DNA of 64,000 nucleotides from an uncultured Gemmatimonadales bacterium (lineage in GTDB: Bacteria > Gemmatimonadota > Gemmatimonadetes > Gemmatimonadales > Gemmatimonadaceae), in assembly GCA_963707505.1 (NCBI GenBank), contig CAVPQB010000003.1, positions 608,001 to 672,000 on the forward strand, in the 5' to 3' direction. The translations under genes were made by a program, and so were the position numbers. The notes under the pieces were generated by a model. The model was not told where the DNA came from. It ran no database searches and worked only from the letters and a program-made list of their open reading frames with translations. This document shows positions 20,942 through 30,864 of the stretch, piece by piece; the first letter of the stretch is position 1; the number at the start of each line of letters is the position of its first letter.

Positions 20942-21416
20942 TCAACCCGCCGCTGAGGTGGCAACCTCACTGCGCGCCCGCCACTCCAGCAGCAGTTGCC
21001 GCATTCCGGCAACGAAGAATGCCTGCACCTCGTCCAGATATTCCAACCGGCCGCGAACGCTCGCCGGCTCCTCCGCGAAGTCTGGAATCGACGCCGCGAC
21101 AAGATCGTGCAGCGCGTCCCATCTCTTCGAGCCTGTATGCCACGATTCCGGCAAAGAAGTCAGGCGCCATCTCGTAATAGTCCTTGCGGTCGCCGGCTCG
21201 GCTGGTCCGCCGAAGCCATCCGTGCCGAAGCAGCAGCCGCGCATCGGTGCTCACGCTGCCCTTGCTGACGCTCAGAGCCTCCGCGATCTCGTCCAGCGTG
21301 CATGGGTCTGGACTCAACAGCAGATGGCCGAACAGGCGTCCGGCTATGCGTGGCAATCCATCAGCCTCCGCCGCCAGTCCGACCTCCTCGATGAACTTTT
21401 CCCGCGCTTCAACCAT
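20942..21416 (-). CDS. GbsR/MarR-family transcriptional regulator (frameshift near 21.1 kb)
   Basis: GLPRIAGRLFGHLL, LDEIAEALSVSKGSVST, GDRKDYY. The C-terminus continues in ORF 20942-21244. Confidence 0.8.
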
Positions 21417-21450
21417 GCAATTCCGTGATTCGCTCAAGTTCGTTATGTTT

Positions 21451-21468
21451 GTTCAGTATGTATTGAAC
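21451..21468. promoter_or_regulatory. palindromic operator candidate GTTCAGTA-TG-TATTGAAC
   Basis: AT-rich near-perfect inverted repeat between the divergent regulator gene and the cmk-like/DHA2 operon. Confidence 0.6.
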
Positions 21469-21536
21469 GTAAACCTGCCCGACGCTGCGTCAAGCGCGTC
21501 GGGCACAAAACCTCGGTCCGGCGGCCCGAACCAACC

Positions 21537-22160
21537 GTGCAGAATCAAAAAATCGATCTCATAACAGTCAGCCGCGAGTTTGGAGCTGGCGGTAGCGATT
21601 TTGCCAGGGACCTCGGCGAGCGCCTCGGTTGGCCGGTACTCGACCAGGATATCATCCATCGTGTAGCGGAGCGGCTGCACCTCAGGGTCGGAACTGTCGA
21701 ACGACTGGACGAACACCCGCCAAGCTGGCTCGCACGCGTCACCTCGGCGCTGCTCATCACTCCCCCGGAACTGCCCGTGGGAATGGACACGAGCCACCTG
21801 CTACACATGGATTCGGTAGCCGAGGCGGCTCAGAAGGTCCTCGTCGAAGCCGCGGAGAAGCCGCCGCTAATCATTGTGGGGCACAGCGGCCAGAACATCT
21901 TCGCCACTCGCCCCGGTGCCCTGCACGTACGTCTCGTCGCACCGCTGGAAACGCGTGTCGATCGCCTCACCGCGCGGTTCGGCTGGGATCGCAACACCGC
22001 CGCTGAACGCGCGAATCACGTCGACGCCGATCGCGCCGCCTACTCACAGCGCTACTACCACCGCGAATGGCGTGATCCGCTGCTGTACCACGTCGTCATC
22101 GATACCGGCCGAGTGTCGATCGACGAGGCAGTGACAATGATGGAGGCGATGGCGCGGTGA
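21537..22160 (+). CDS. cytidylate kinase-like family protein
   Basis: ITVSREFGAGG P-loop, LHVRLVAP, DPLLYHVVIDT. Confidence 0.85.
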   Translation: MQNQKIDLITVSREFGAGGSDFARDLGERLGWPVLDQDIIHRVAERLHLRVGTVERLDEHPPSWLARVTSALLITPPELPVGMDTSHLLHMDSVAEAAQKVLVEAAEKPPLIIVGHSGQNIFATRPGALHVRLVAPLETRVDRLTARFGWDRNTAAERANHVDADRAAYSQRYYHREWRDPLLYHVVIDTGRVSIDEAVTMMEAMAR

Positions 22161-23740
22161 CTTCAGTACCCGGGGCTCTCGAGGGAGCGGAGCCTGCTGA
22201 AGGGACGCACAAGTGGGTGATCGCCGGCACTGTGATGACGGGCTCCATCATGGCGTCGCTGGATTCCAGCATCGTCAACGTGGCGCTGCCGAACATGAGC
22301 GGCACGCTCGGCGCAACCATCGAAGAAATCACGTGGGTCATCACCGGTTACATCCTGGCCAACGTGATCATCATGCCGATCGTGGCGCTCCTGAGCTCAC
22401 GATTCGGTCGCAAGAATTTCTACATGGCGAGCGTGGTGCTGTTCACTACAGCGTCCATGGCATGTGGGCTCGCACACTCGCTTCTCGTGATGGTCATGTT
22501 CAGGATCATCCAGGGCGTTGGCGGTGGAGTGCTCATCACAGTTTCGCAGGCGATACTGCGCGAATCTTTTCCGCCCGAGGAACAGGGAATTGCGATGGGC
22601 GTGTACGGACTTGGCGTCGTGCTCGCGCCGGCACTCGGCCCCACGCTCGGCGGCTGGCTCACGGATAATTACTCGTGGCCGTGGATCTTCTACATCAATC
22701 TCCCGATCGGGATTCTCAATCTGATCCTTGTCGCGCGCTTCATTCAGGATCCGCCTTATCTCGTTCGCGAAAAGGGAGAGATAGACTTCCTCGGACTCGG
22801 ACTGCTCGTCGCGGGGCTCGGGGCGTTGCAGCTCATGCTGGAAGAGGGCGAGCGCAACCAGTGGTTCGAGTCCGGGTTCATTCTGCGGCTCGCCGCAATC
22901 GCCGCAGTTGGCTTGATGCTCTTCATCTGGCGCGAGATGAAAGCTCACAGGCCCGCGGTCAATCTGCGAATACTCGGTAACATCTCCTTCACTTCCGCGA
23001 CGGCGATCGGTGGCGTGCTGGGACTGGCGCTCAACGGAAGTCTTTTTCTGCTTCCGCTGTTTCTGCAGAATCTGATCGGCTTCGATGCGACGCAATCCGG
23101 AATCGCACTCATGCCGCGCAGCCTGGCGATGGCGCTCCTCATGCCGATCGCCGGACGGTTCTACAACAAGCTGGGTCCGCGCGTCCTGATCGGGTCGGGA
23201 CTCATCATCTGCGCGTACGGTTTCTGGGGACTCTCGGTTCTCACGACGGACGTCGGCTTCTGGGACATCTTCTGGCCGCAGCTCTGGCAGGGAGTTGGCT
23301 TCTCGCTCATCTTCGTTGCGCTCAGCACGGCTGCGCTCGCAACTATCGCCAAACCGCAGATGACACAGGCGACAGGTCTGTACAATGTGGTGCGTCAGGT
23401 GATGGGCAGCGTCGGAATCGCGATCGCCGCGACTCAGCTCACGAGCTCGACTTCACGGTACCACGACGTGCTGTCCGAGAACACGGGAATGTGGAATCCC
23501 GCGACGGTGCGGTTCCTCAGGAACGCAACCGCTGCGATGATTCACGCGGGCGCCGACAAGTTCACGGCCCAGCAACGCGCGCTCGAGCTCCTCGACGCTT
23601 CGGTGACACGACAGGCGACGGTACTCGCCTACAATCATGTCTTCCTTCTCGTAACCGTGCTGTTCGTGCTCGGTCTTCCGTTGGTGCTGTTGCTCAGGCG
23701 CGGAGAGCGGCCGGCCGGATCGGAAGTCCATGTGGACTGA
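22157..23740 (+). CDS. DHA2 (EmrB/QacA) MFS efflux permease
   Basis: LDSSIVNVALP, WVITGY, FRIIQGVGGG, PALGPTLGG, WPWIFYINLPIG; many hydrophobic segments. Confidence 0.92.
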   Translation: MTSVPGALEGAEPAEGTHKWVIAGTVMTGSIMASLDSSIVNVALPNMSGTLGATIEEITWVITGYILANVIIMPIVALLSSRFGRKNFYMASVVLFTTASMACGLAHSLLVMVMFRIIQGVGGGVLITVSQAILRESFPPEEQGIAMGVYGLGVVLAPALGPTLGGWLTDNYSWPWIFYINLPIGILNLILVARFIQDPPYLVREKGEIDFLGLGLLVAGLGALQLMLEEGERNQWFESGFILRLAAIAAVGLMLFIWREMKAHRPAVNLRILGNISFTSATAIGGVLGLALNGSLFLLPLFLQNLIGFDATQSGIALMPRSLAMALLMPIAGRFYNKLGPRVLIGSGLIICAYGFWGLSVLTTDVGFWDIFWPQLWQGVGFSLIFVALSTAALATIAKPQMTQATGLYNVVRQVMGSVGIAIAATQLTSSTSRYHDVLSENTGMWNPATVRFLRNATAAMIHAGADKFTAQQRALELLDASVTRQATVLAYNHVFLLVTVLFVLGLPLVLLLRRGERPAGSEVHVD

Positions 23741-26700
23741 TTCCGCCGATCGCGTCTGTCGCCTTGCGAATGAAAGCGTCCGGCGTAAACGGCTTCCGAA
23801 GGATCATGACTGGATCGCCCGAAACGCCGCTGGCCATGGCATCGTCAGCGACCCCGGACATGATAACGACCGGCAGATGTGGGTCCTCCTCGCGTAACGC
23901 CGCGGCGACCGCGGCGCCAGTCATTGTCGGCATGACCATGTCGGTGATTACCAGCTTGATGCTGGCGCGGTGCTCTGCGTAAAGCGCAAGAGCTTCTGGA
24001 CCGTCGGTCGCCACGAGCACGGTGTAGCCTGTGGATTCGAGAATGCGCGTCGTTACGTAGCGCACGGCGGCTTCATCATCCGCGAGTAGCACGACTCCCG
24101 CGCCACGCCTGCTGGATGCTGGTTTGTGGGCTTGGTCCAAGCACTTGTCCGCGTCAAAGGTGGACGCCGCGGGTAGATGTATCGTGAAGGTCGTGCCCAC
24201 GCCTTCCGTACTGCTAACGGTGAGACGGCCGCCGGACTGGCTTACGATTCCATGCGCGGTGGAGAGTCCCAATCCGGTTCCCTTGCCGACTTCCTTGGTG
24301 GTAAAGAATGGCTCGAAGATACGAGCCTGAACTTCGCGCGACATACCGCAGCCCGTGTCGCTCACCGAAAGCATGACCTCCCGTGAGCGGTGTGTATCGG
24401 CATCATCAACGCCAATTGCCGATTCCTGCGAAACATTCGCAGTTGTGACGGTGAGCGTTCCGCCATCGGCCATTGCATCCCGCGCGTTGACGACGAGATT
24501 CATCAGTACCTGTTCGACCTGTCCCGTGTCGGCGAAGACCACGTGAAGCTCCGGATCGAGCGACGTCACGATCGTTACCGTGGGCGGAAGCACGCGGCGG
24601 AGCATCTGTTCCGTTTCTCGCACGACTGAGTTGAGGTCGATCAAACTGGGCACCAACACCTGCCGGCGACTGAATGCCAGAAGCTGTCGTACCAGGGCGG
24701 CGGCGCGTGATGCAGCTCCTCTGATCTCCAACAGGTCAGCACGCTTCGGCGCAGTCTCATTGACGTCACCTATGAGCAGCTCCGCGTACGCTGTAATTAC
24801 CGTCAGCAGGTTGTTGAAGTCGTGAGCGATTCCGCCGGCGAACTGTCCTACGGCTTCCATCTTTTGCGCCTGAAGTAGTTGTGCTTCCAGACGCGTGCGT
24901 TCCGTAAGATCGACCGCGAGGGTGACGAAGCCGGCTGGAACTCCCACGGCGTTGTGAATCACCGCAACTGATACATCGACCTTGACACGGCTGCCATCCT
25001 TCCGTGCGACTTCCGTTTCGCGCCCGGAAATTTGCGTGGTTTCAGGTAGAACGTCATGAAGTCGACCTTTACTGACACCGTTCGCATCCACAGCCATCAG
25101 CGGGCATTCCTTACCGACAATTTCGTCAGCGGCCCAGCCGAATAGCCGTTCCGAAGCGCGATTCCATTGCACGACGCGCAGGTCGAGATCGGTCGCTATG
25201 ATTGCAACCGGAGAGCTACCGAGGATTGCGCGAACGAACTGGCTTGATTCACGAAACGCGGCCTCGATTTTGTGCTTCTGGGTCACGTCGTTGATCAGTA
25301 CGAGCCGCGTGGCACGATCTCCGAACGGAAGCGGATGAATTTTAAGATCGACATCGATGGCCGTGCCATCCTTCTTGCGATGGTGGCGCCCCGGAAGATC
25401 CACCGATCCTCGCTGCAGGCGCTCGTCGACCGAAAGGACCTCATGTGCGTATTCCTGCGACCGTACGTCGAAGATCGTCATCTGCAGGAATTCGTCGCGT
25501 GAATATCCGTAGTGCTCGACAGCGGCGTTGTTGACCGCCAGAAAGCGGCTCGTTTCCACATCGAACGCCCACATCGGCATCGGGTTCGTCTCGAACAGGA
25601 GCCGGTACTGCTCTTCCGATGCCTTGAGCGCCTCCTCCGATGCCTTGGCGTCGACGATATCGCGACTGGTTGTGATGACTTCCGTCACCGCTCCGGTTAT
25701 CGGATCACGAACCGCCGTGCCGACTGTCTCGAGCCACACGAAGTGACCATCGGCATGCCTGAACCGATGCTCGGTACGCGCGGCTTCCTTGAGAGAAATG
25801 GCACGATGAATGGCAGTGTGCGTGGTCACTGCGTCGTCATCGTGGCGCAACGCGAATGGGTAGGTGCCCACAACTTCCTGCGGTTCATACCCAAGCACCG
25901 CCTTTACAGCGGGCGATACGTACAACACGCGCCCGTCTGGCGCGAACCGCGCAATGATGTCGGTGGAGTGATCGGCCAGGAGCCGATAGCGCGCCTCGGA
26001 CGCAGCCAGTCCACGAAGATTCTGTGCGCGCTCGCTGTGGCCGCGAGCCAGCACGAGCCAGCTGACGATCGTCAAAATGACGAGGACTGTCGAAATCTCA
26101 TGCACAAGGGTCGCGTCCGCGGCACGGAAGAGCGTCTCCGGATTCGCGCGTCGCACCAGTCCCCATGGTAGCCCGTCGATATGCGCCGCAACCGCGGGAA
26201 CGTGATCGTCCGGCGCTCGCACGATTCCCGGCGCGCCCACAGCTCCGAGCACGAGGGGGCCCGCCTGCGACGACTCCATCGCGTGAACGCGGAAGCCGCT
26301 TCCGTGCTTCGAGAGCGTGTATGCGTATACCGAATCGCCCACGCGGGCGACCAGAGCCGTGTGTTGCGACGTCGGCCCAGGCGGTGCGGCACCAAGCCTG
26401 CTGAGCGACGTGCCATCGAGCGTCGTCGCCATCACCACAGCGCCGATCATCGACGAACGACCGGCGCTCCCTCGACTCGCATCCGCATTCACCAACACCG
26501 GCTGAACGAACACGACGCACAGCTGACTATCGTTCAACGGGAAAGGACCGACCACGATGATCGAATCTTCACCACTCGCGCCTCGCACTGCCGCGACGAC
26601 GACGTCTGGCGGAGTCCTCTGCGAGGCAGAGCCCACCAACGTTCCGGATCGGTTCAGCAACCACAGGTCCGAGAAGGGAGCTCTGGACTGGGCCGATGCC

Positions 26701-27044
26701 TGATCGAGCTGCTTCAGGGCAGTCGCAAGCCTCTGCGTCAGCGCGGAGTCGGCCAGTGGAGGACCCAGCTCTGCTGGTCTGTTGAAGAGCGCTGGGTTGC
26801 GAGCACCGCTTGCGCCAACGATTCGCACTGCAGCTGCGCGCGCGGCGACCCACGCCTGTGCCGAGCCGCTCGAGATTTGTACGAGCGACGACGACCGACG
26901 CGTCCACTCTCCAACGGCTGTCCGATGCAGCTCGTTGCGACGCAGCACCGCCAGTGCGAGAAGAATTGCAACTACTACCGCGCCGGCGAGCGCGCGATAG
27001 GTCACACGAGTGCTAACGATCTTGGACACCCACGTCAGGTACAA
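23694..27044 (-). CDS. membrane-bound hybrid histidine kinase (periplasmic domain, 3 PAS, HisKA, HATPase, REC)
   Basis: Two transmembrane segments; three PAS repeats; GGIAHDFNNLL; NLVVNARDAM; FEPFFTTK..GKGTGLGL; receiver TDMVMP..KPF. Confidence 0.92.
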   Translation of the reverse strand: MYLTWVSKIVSTRVTYRALAGAVVVAILLALAVLRRNELHRTAVGEWTRRSSSLVQISSGSAQAWVAARAAAVRIVGASGARNPALFNRPAELGPPLADSALTQRLATALKQLDQASAQSRAPFSDLWLLNRSGTLVGSASQRTPPDVVVAAVRGASGEDSIIVVGPFPLNDSQLCVVFVQPVLVNADASRGSAGRSSMIGAVVMATTLDGTSLSRLGAAPPGPTSQHTALVARVGDSVYAYTLSKHGSGFRVHAMESSQAGPLVLGAVGAPGIVRAPDDHVPAVAAHIDGLPWGLVRRANPETLFRAADATLVHEISTVLVILTIVSWLVLARGHSERAQNLRGLAASEARYRLLADHSTDIIARFAPDGRVLYVSPAVKAVLGYEPQEVVGTYPFALRHDDDAVTTHTAIHRAISLKEAARTEHRFRHADGHFVWLETVGTAVRDPITGAVTEVITTSRDIVDAKASEEALKASEEQYRLLFETNPMPMWAFDVETSRFLAVNNAAVEHYGYSRDEFLQMTIFDVRSQEYAHEVLSVDERLQRGSVDLPGRHHRKKDGTAIDVDLKIHPLPFGDRATRLVLINDVTQKHKIEAAFRESSQFVRAILGSSPVAIIATDLDLRVVQWNRASERLFGWAADEIVGKECPLMAVDANGVSKGRLHDVLPETTQISGRETEVARKDGSRVKVDVSVAVIHNAVGVPAGFVTLAVDLTERTRLEAQLLQAQKMEAVGQFAGGIAHDFNNLLTVITAYAELLIGDVNETAPKRADLLEIRGAASRAAALVRQLLAFSRRQVLVPSLIDLNSVVRETEQMLRRVLPPTVTIVTSLDPELHVVFADTGQVEQVLMNLVVNARDAMADGGTLTVTTANVSQESAIGVDDADTHRSREVMLSVSDTGCGMSREVQARIFEPFFTTKEVGKGTGLGLSTAHGIVSQSGGRLTVSSTEGVGTTFTIHLPAASTFDADKCLDQAHKPASSRRGAGVVLLADDEAAVRYVTTRILESTGYTVLVATDGPEALALYAEHRASIKLVITDMVMPTMTGAAVAAALREEDPHLPVVIMSGVADDAMASGVSGDPVMILRKPFTPDAFIRKATDAIGGISPHGLPIRPAALRA

Positions 27045-28227
27045 TCACCACGACCTCCTGATCCAGAAGCGCTCCCGGCATGGAGTAGCGGAGACGCTCC
27101 GTGAGCGCCCGACCGACTTCCTGCCCACGAGCTGCCAGCAGCAACCCATTCGACCCCGTGACGTCGACAGCAAACACCATTCCAGGAATCACCTCGCCCA
27201 ACCGTACGTGTCGCACGTTTACGGGGGTTGTATCGGTCTCGATCGACTTGACAAATGCTCGTAGAACGCGCGGATCGTAAACGTTCGCGCGATCCGACAA
27301 TGCTGCAATCGCAACGCCGGCAGTCATGCCGCTCGCCTCGAGCGCGTCGAGATCCGTCGCGACTTTGAGGATGCGCGCACCGAGCGGAATCTTCTCTCCA
27401 CGCACACCAGGACGCGGAGACTTGGCACCGTCGAATTCAGTGTTCTGGAACGTGAGAATTTGATGTACGCCATCCAGCCTTGGTATTTCCGCAATGAATG
27501 AGGCAGCCATCGCAGGGACACCATCGGCAAGACATTGCTCCTCCTCACTCAACTCTTTCCCGGTGTGCATCCTGTCGACAAGCGCCGCTGGCAACGACAC
27601 GGACCCGAGCCGCGAAAGAAGTGCGGCAATCTCGATCTCCCACTGATTGTCCACCTCCAGCGCGTCGGCAACGCGAGCGACGTATCGCTTGAGTCGCGTC
27701 CCGCGGGCAAACGCGGAGGGATTGACGAGCGTAAGAATATCGATGAGCGCCTTGACCGATCCATGCAGCGTTCGTTCGAGCAAGACACGTTCCGTCATGG
27801 CGAGCCGATGATGCTCGGCGGCAGACGAGACAGCGGCGATCAACGCGCTTGCCCCGCACGGCTTGGTCAGAAACCGGAATACGGCCCCGTCGTTCACCGC
27901 AGCTATGGCACTGTCGATGTTTGCATGCCCGGTCAGTAGAACGCGAACAGTATCCGGAGCCATCTCGCGAACACGCTTGAGCAATGCGATTCCATTCACG
28001 CCAGGCATCGCCAGATCCGATACGATGACTGCGAACGGCGATGCCATGGATTCGTCGATGAGTTTGAGCGCTGAGATCGGGTCCGGAGCAACGTGGACAT
28101 CGAACTTCGCGTGCAATATCCGTTGCATTCCCGCGAGTACAAACTGGTCGTCATCGACACAGAGCACTCTCGGAGCGTTGGACGATGCGCGCCGATCCAG
28201 GCCCTGCGCGGCTGCGACGCTGCTCAT
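27013..28227 (-). CDS. response regulator with a degenerate HD-GYP-like output domain
   Basis: REC domain (VDDD, SDLAMP, LTG, KP). HD-type region has LLSRLG in place of LLHDIG, and FDG..SP/GEKIPLGARI. Confidence 0.8.
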   Translation of the reverse strand: MSSVAAAQGLDRRASSNAPRVLCVDDDQFVLAGMQRILHAKFDVHVAPDPISALKLIDESMASPFAVIVSDLAMPGVNGIALLKRVREMAPDTVRVLLTGHANIDSAIAAVNDGAVFRFLTKPCGASALIAAVSSAAEHHRLAMTERVLLERTLHGSVKALIDILTLVNPSAFARGTRLKRYVARVADALEVDNQWEIEIAALLSRLGSVSLPAALVDRMHTGKELSEEEQCLADGVPAMAASFIAEIPRLDGVHQILTFQNTEFDGAKSPRPGVRGEKIPLGARILKVATDLDALEASGMTAGVAIAALSDRANVYDPRVLRAFVKSIETDTTPVNVRHVRLGEVIPGMVFAVDVTGSNGLLLAARGQEVGRALTERLRYSMPGALLDQEVVVIVPDVGVQDR

Positions 28228-29414
28228 GATCGCCCCTCGCTCGTATCGAGAACTTCCCGCACCTTCCGGGTCAGGTCGATTGCCGTAAACGGCTTCGGCA
28301 TGAACGCGCGCCGGGCGTCCGGCCCGCGCCTGACGATATCATCCCCGGTATAAAGAGACATGAACAGCACCCGGACGTGCGGATATTCGCGCGCAAGTGC
28401 ATCAGCGAGCTCGCCGCCATTCATCACGGGCATTATGGCGTCGGTAATGACGAGATCGACGTTGCCTGCCCATGCACGGACCGTACTGAGAGCCTCAGCA
28501 CCATTCGCAGCCTCGATGACGGCATAGCCTTCGCTGATGAGCATGCGCGACGCGAGCGAAAGTACGCCTGCGTCGTCCTCGACGACCAGGATGACTTCCT
28601 TCCCTCGTGCGGCCTGCACACCGTCCGTCAGTCCTGGAGTCTCACCCGGTACGGCTTCGGCCATCGGGAGCAGGATATCGAAGACGGTGCCCGTACCTGG
28701 CGTGGTAGCAACGGATATGTAGCCGGACGATTGCCGGATCATCCCGTACACGGTCGCGAGCGCAATCCCCGCTCCGCGAGGTTTTTTTGTCGTGAAGAAA
28801 GGCTCGAACACGCGTGCAAGTGTCGCACTATCCATCCCGCATCCGGTATCGGCAATCGACAGGCGAACGTGAGGCCCGGGCGTTGCCTCGGGATGTTGTC
28901 GTATGTCAGCTTCATCCACGATGTAATTGCGCGTGGTGATTAGCAGTTCGCCGCCGTTGGGCATTGCGTCCCGTGCGTTTGCGACCATGCTCAGGATCGC
29001 ACCTTCGAGCCGCCCGTAATCGACTGAGACGCGGCCGAGATCGCTCGCAAGATCGATCGCGAGATCGATGCCGTCACCAACTTCACGAACGAGCGTTGGC
29101 TGCAGAGCGCCGATGCAGGCATTGAGATCGACGACCGATGGCTCCAGTTCCTGATTTGTCGTGAATGCAACCAGCCGGGTCGTGAGCGCCGCCGCACGCG
29201 ACGACGCATCCCGGATCATGACAGCATCAGCGCGACGTGGGTCATCGTCGTTCAGACTCGTTGTGAGGAAATCCGAACAGCCGTGAATGACAGTAAGAAT
29301 GTTGTTGAGATCGTGCGCGACCTTGCTCGCGAGCCGGCTGACGGCATCCAGCTTCTGCGCCTGGCTGGGTTGAACCTCGCGGTAGCTGGTTTCAGAATCT
29401 ACAGACGTGGGCAT
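28224..29414 (-). CDS. sensor-less hybrid histidine kinase (HisKA-HATPase-REC)
   Basis: AHDLNNIL, ANARDAMP, DTGCG, FEPFFTTK, altered G2 box GAGIALA; receiver TDAIMP..KPF. Confidence 0.85.
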   Translation of the reverse strand: MPTSVDSETSYREVQPSQAQKLDAVSRLASKVAHDLNNILTVIHGCSDFLTTSLNDDDPRRADAVMIRDASSRAAALTTRLVAFTTNQELEPSVVDLNACIGALQPTLVREVGDGIDLAIDLASDLGRVSVDYGRLEGAILSMVANARDAMPNGGELLITTRNYIVDEADIRQHPEATPGPHVRLSIADTGCGMDSATLARVFEPFFTTKKPRGAGIALATVYGMIRQSSGYISVATTPGTGTVFDILLPMAEAVPGETPGLTDGVQAARGKEVILVVEDDAGVLSLASRMLISEGYAVIEAANGAEALSTVRAWAGNVDLVITDAIMPVMNGGELADALAREYPHVRVLFMSLYTGDDIVRRGPDARRAFMPKPFTAIDLTRKVREVLDTSEGRS

Positions 29415-29569
29415 TTTGCTACATTTGGCGACGGTGTTACCTGCATCATTCCATGACGCGTAAAGGCAACATGCGTAACCAGATCCACCGCCTTCTCGTG
29501 CTCCTCACTCTCGAGCGCCCGAAAATTCGTACTCCTCGATGGACCGGGCCGCCGGCATCGCCCCGGCCA

Positions 29570-29598
29570 TTGACTGCCGGCAGCGGCCGTTATATGTT
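29570..29598 (+). promoter_or_regulatory. sigma70-like promoter TTGACT-N17-TATGTT
   Basis: Consensus-like hexamers with 17-nt spacing just upstream of the riboswitch. Confidence 0.55.
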
Positions 29599-29617
29599 CC
29601 GGGCACAATCGAAGTTT

Positions 29618-29665
29618 CGTGGTCATTTGCTGCCTATTGCCGCCACGTAAAACAAAGTGCTAAAA
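29618..29665 (+). ncRNA. SAM-II (SAM-alpha) riboswitch
   Basis: CGTGGTCATTTG...TTGCCGCCACGTAAAACAAAGTGCTAAA matches the SAM-alpha pattern; P1 is CGTGG/CCACG; sits upstream of the met operon. Confidence 0.82.
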
Positions 29666-29672
29666 CGCAATC

Positions 29673-29707
29673 TGCCCGGCGGCTCAACCGTCCGGGCATT
29701 TTCGTTT
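29673..29707 (+). terminator. intrinsic terminator in the met leader
   Basis: TGCCCGG-CGG/CCG-T-CCGGGCA stem followed by TTTTCGTTT. Confidence 0.7.
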
Positions 29708-29874
29708 GTGAGTCATGGAGAGCGTCGCGCAGTCTCATCTGCACGCTGCCTTCCGTGACCGAGTGCGCCTGTTTACGCGCGGCGAATGATGGCTGTGACT
29801 CCGAGCACACACCGGACGAGCCACATGCGAAAGACGCGCAAGCCGCAGTCCGTCAACAAGCAGGATTGCGATAG

Positions 29875-30864
29875 ATGACACGACTTGAGACTCCGGCACC
29901 GAGTAGAACCGCACGCAGATCGGACGCATTTCCCGCTGCAGCTCGATTGCCAGCGCCGATACCGGCGTATGAAGTGACTGGCCCGCCTGCGGCACCGCTC
30001 GTCGTCACACTCGGCGGCATCTCCGCCAGCCGCCACGTCACATCGACGGTCAGCGAGACGTCGGCCGGTTGGTGGCAGGACGTCGTTGGAGCGGGGCGCG
30101 CGATCGACACAAAAGAATATCGCATCCTCGGCTTCGACTACATCGACGGCGGAAGCGCAGAAGACGGCAAGCCGGCGGCGCTCGTCTCCACCCACGACCA
30201 GGCCGACGCGCTCGCGCGCGTGCTCGACGCGCTCGGCATTGCGCGAGTGCACGGAATCGTCGGTGCATCCTACGGCGGCATGGTAGCGCTCGCATTCGCC
30301 GAGCGATATCCGGATCGCGTCGAGCGACTGATTGTGATAAGCGCGCCACACGAAACACATCCCATGAGTACCGCGCTCCGCACCATACAACGTCGAATCG
30401 TCACGCTCGGCCTTGAAACCGATCGTGCGCACGATGCACTGGTGCTCGCGCGCGCACTGGCGATGACGACATATCGCTCGGCGAATGAGTTCGCCCGGCG
30501 CTTCGCCTCCGAGCCCGACGTCACGACCGAAGCAGGCGCCAATTTTCCGGTAGAGGATTATCTCCTGCATAACGGCGAGAAATTCGCACGCCTCTGGAGC
30601 GCGAGTCGCTTCCTGGCTCTCTCACTTTCCGCTGACCTCCATCGCGTCACCCCGGAGCGAATCCATACTCCGACAGTACTCGTGAGCGTCGATGGCGACA
30701 CGATCGTACCAGGTGAGCAGATGCGTCAGCTGGCTGCCAGACTCGCCGGCCCCAACCGTCTCATCCGGTTGCAGGCGGCAACGGGTCACGATGCATTTCT
30801 CGCTGAGCCGGAACTTATCGGTCCGATCCTCCACAACTCACTGCACGCCGAGGTCATTTCATGA
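29875..30864 (+). CDS. metX: homoserine O-acyltransferase (MetX family)
   Basis: GGISA, GWW..VG.G.AIDT, GASYGGM nucleophile elbow, AMTTYRS, GHDAFL. Confidence 0.88.
   Translation: MTRLETPAPSRTARRSDAFPAAARLPAPIPAYEVTGPPAAPLVVTLGGISASRHVTSTVSETSAGWWQDVVGAGRAIDTKEYRILGFDYIDGGSAEDGKPAALVSTHDQADALARVLDALGIARVHGIVGASYGGMVALAFAERYPDRVERLIVISAPHETHPMSTALRTIQRRIVTLGLETDRAHDALVLARALAMTTYRSANEFARRFASEPDVTTEAGANFPVEDYLLHNGEKFARLWSASRFLALSLSADLHRVTPERIHTPTVLVSVDGDTIVPGEQMRQLAARLAGPNRLIRLQAATGHDAFLAEPELIGPILHNSLHAEVIS

Noticed and set aside
23694..23740. Convergent 3' overlaps (also 34722-34750 and 53776-53852)
   Set aside because: Common in compact GC-rich genomes, and indel errors may have lengthened them.
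29598..29605. TCCGGGCA as an antiterminator pairing with the terminator 5' arm
   Set aside because: It directly follows the predicted -10 box, so most of it probably lies upstream of the transcription start.
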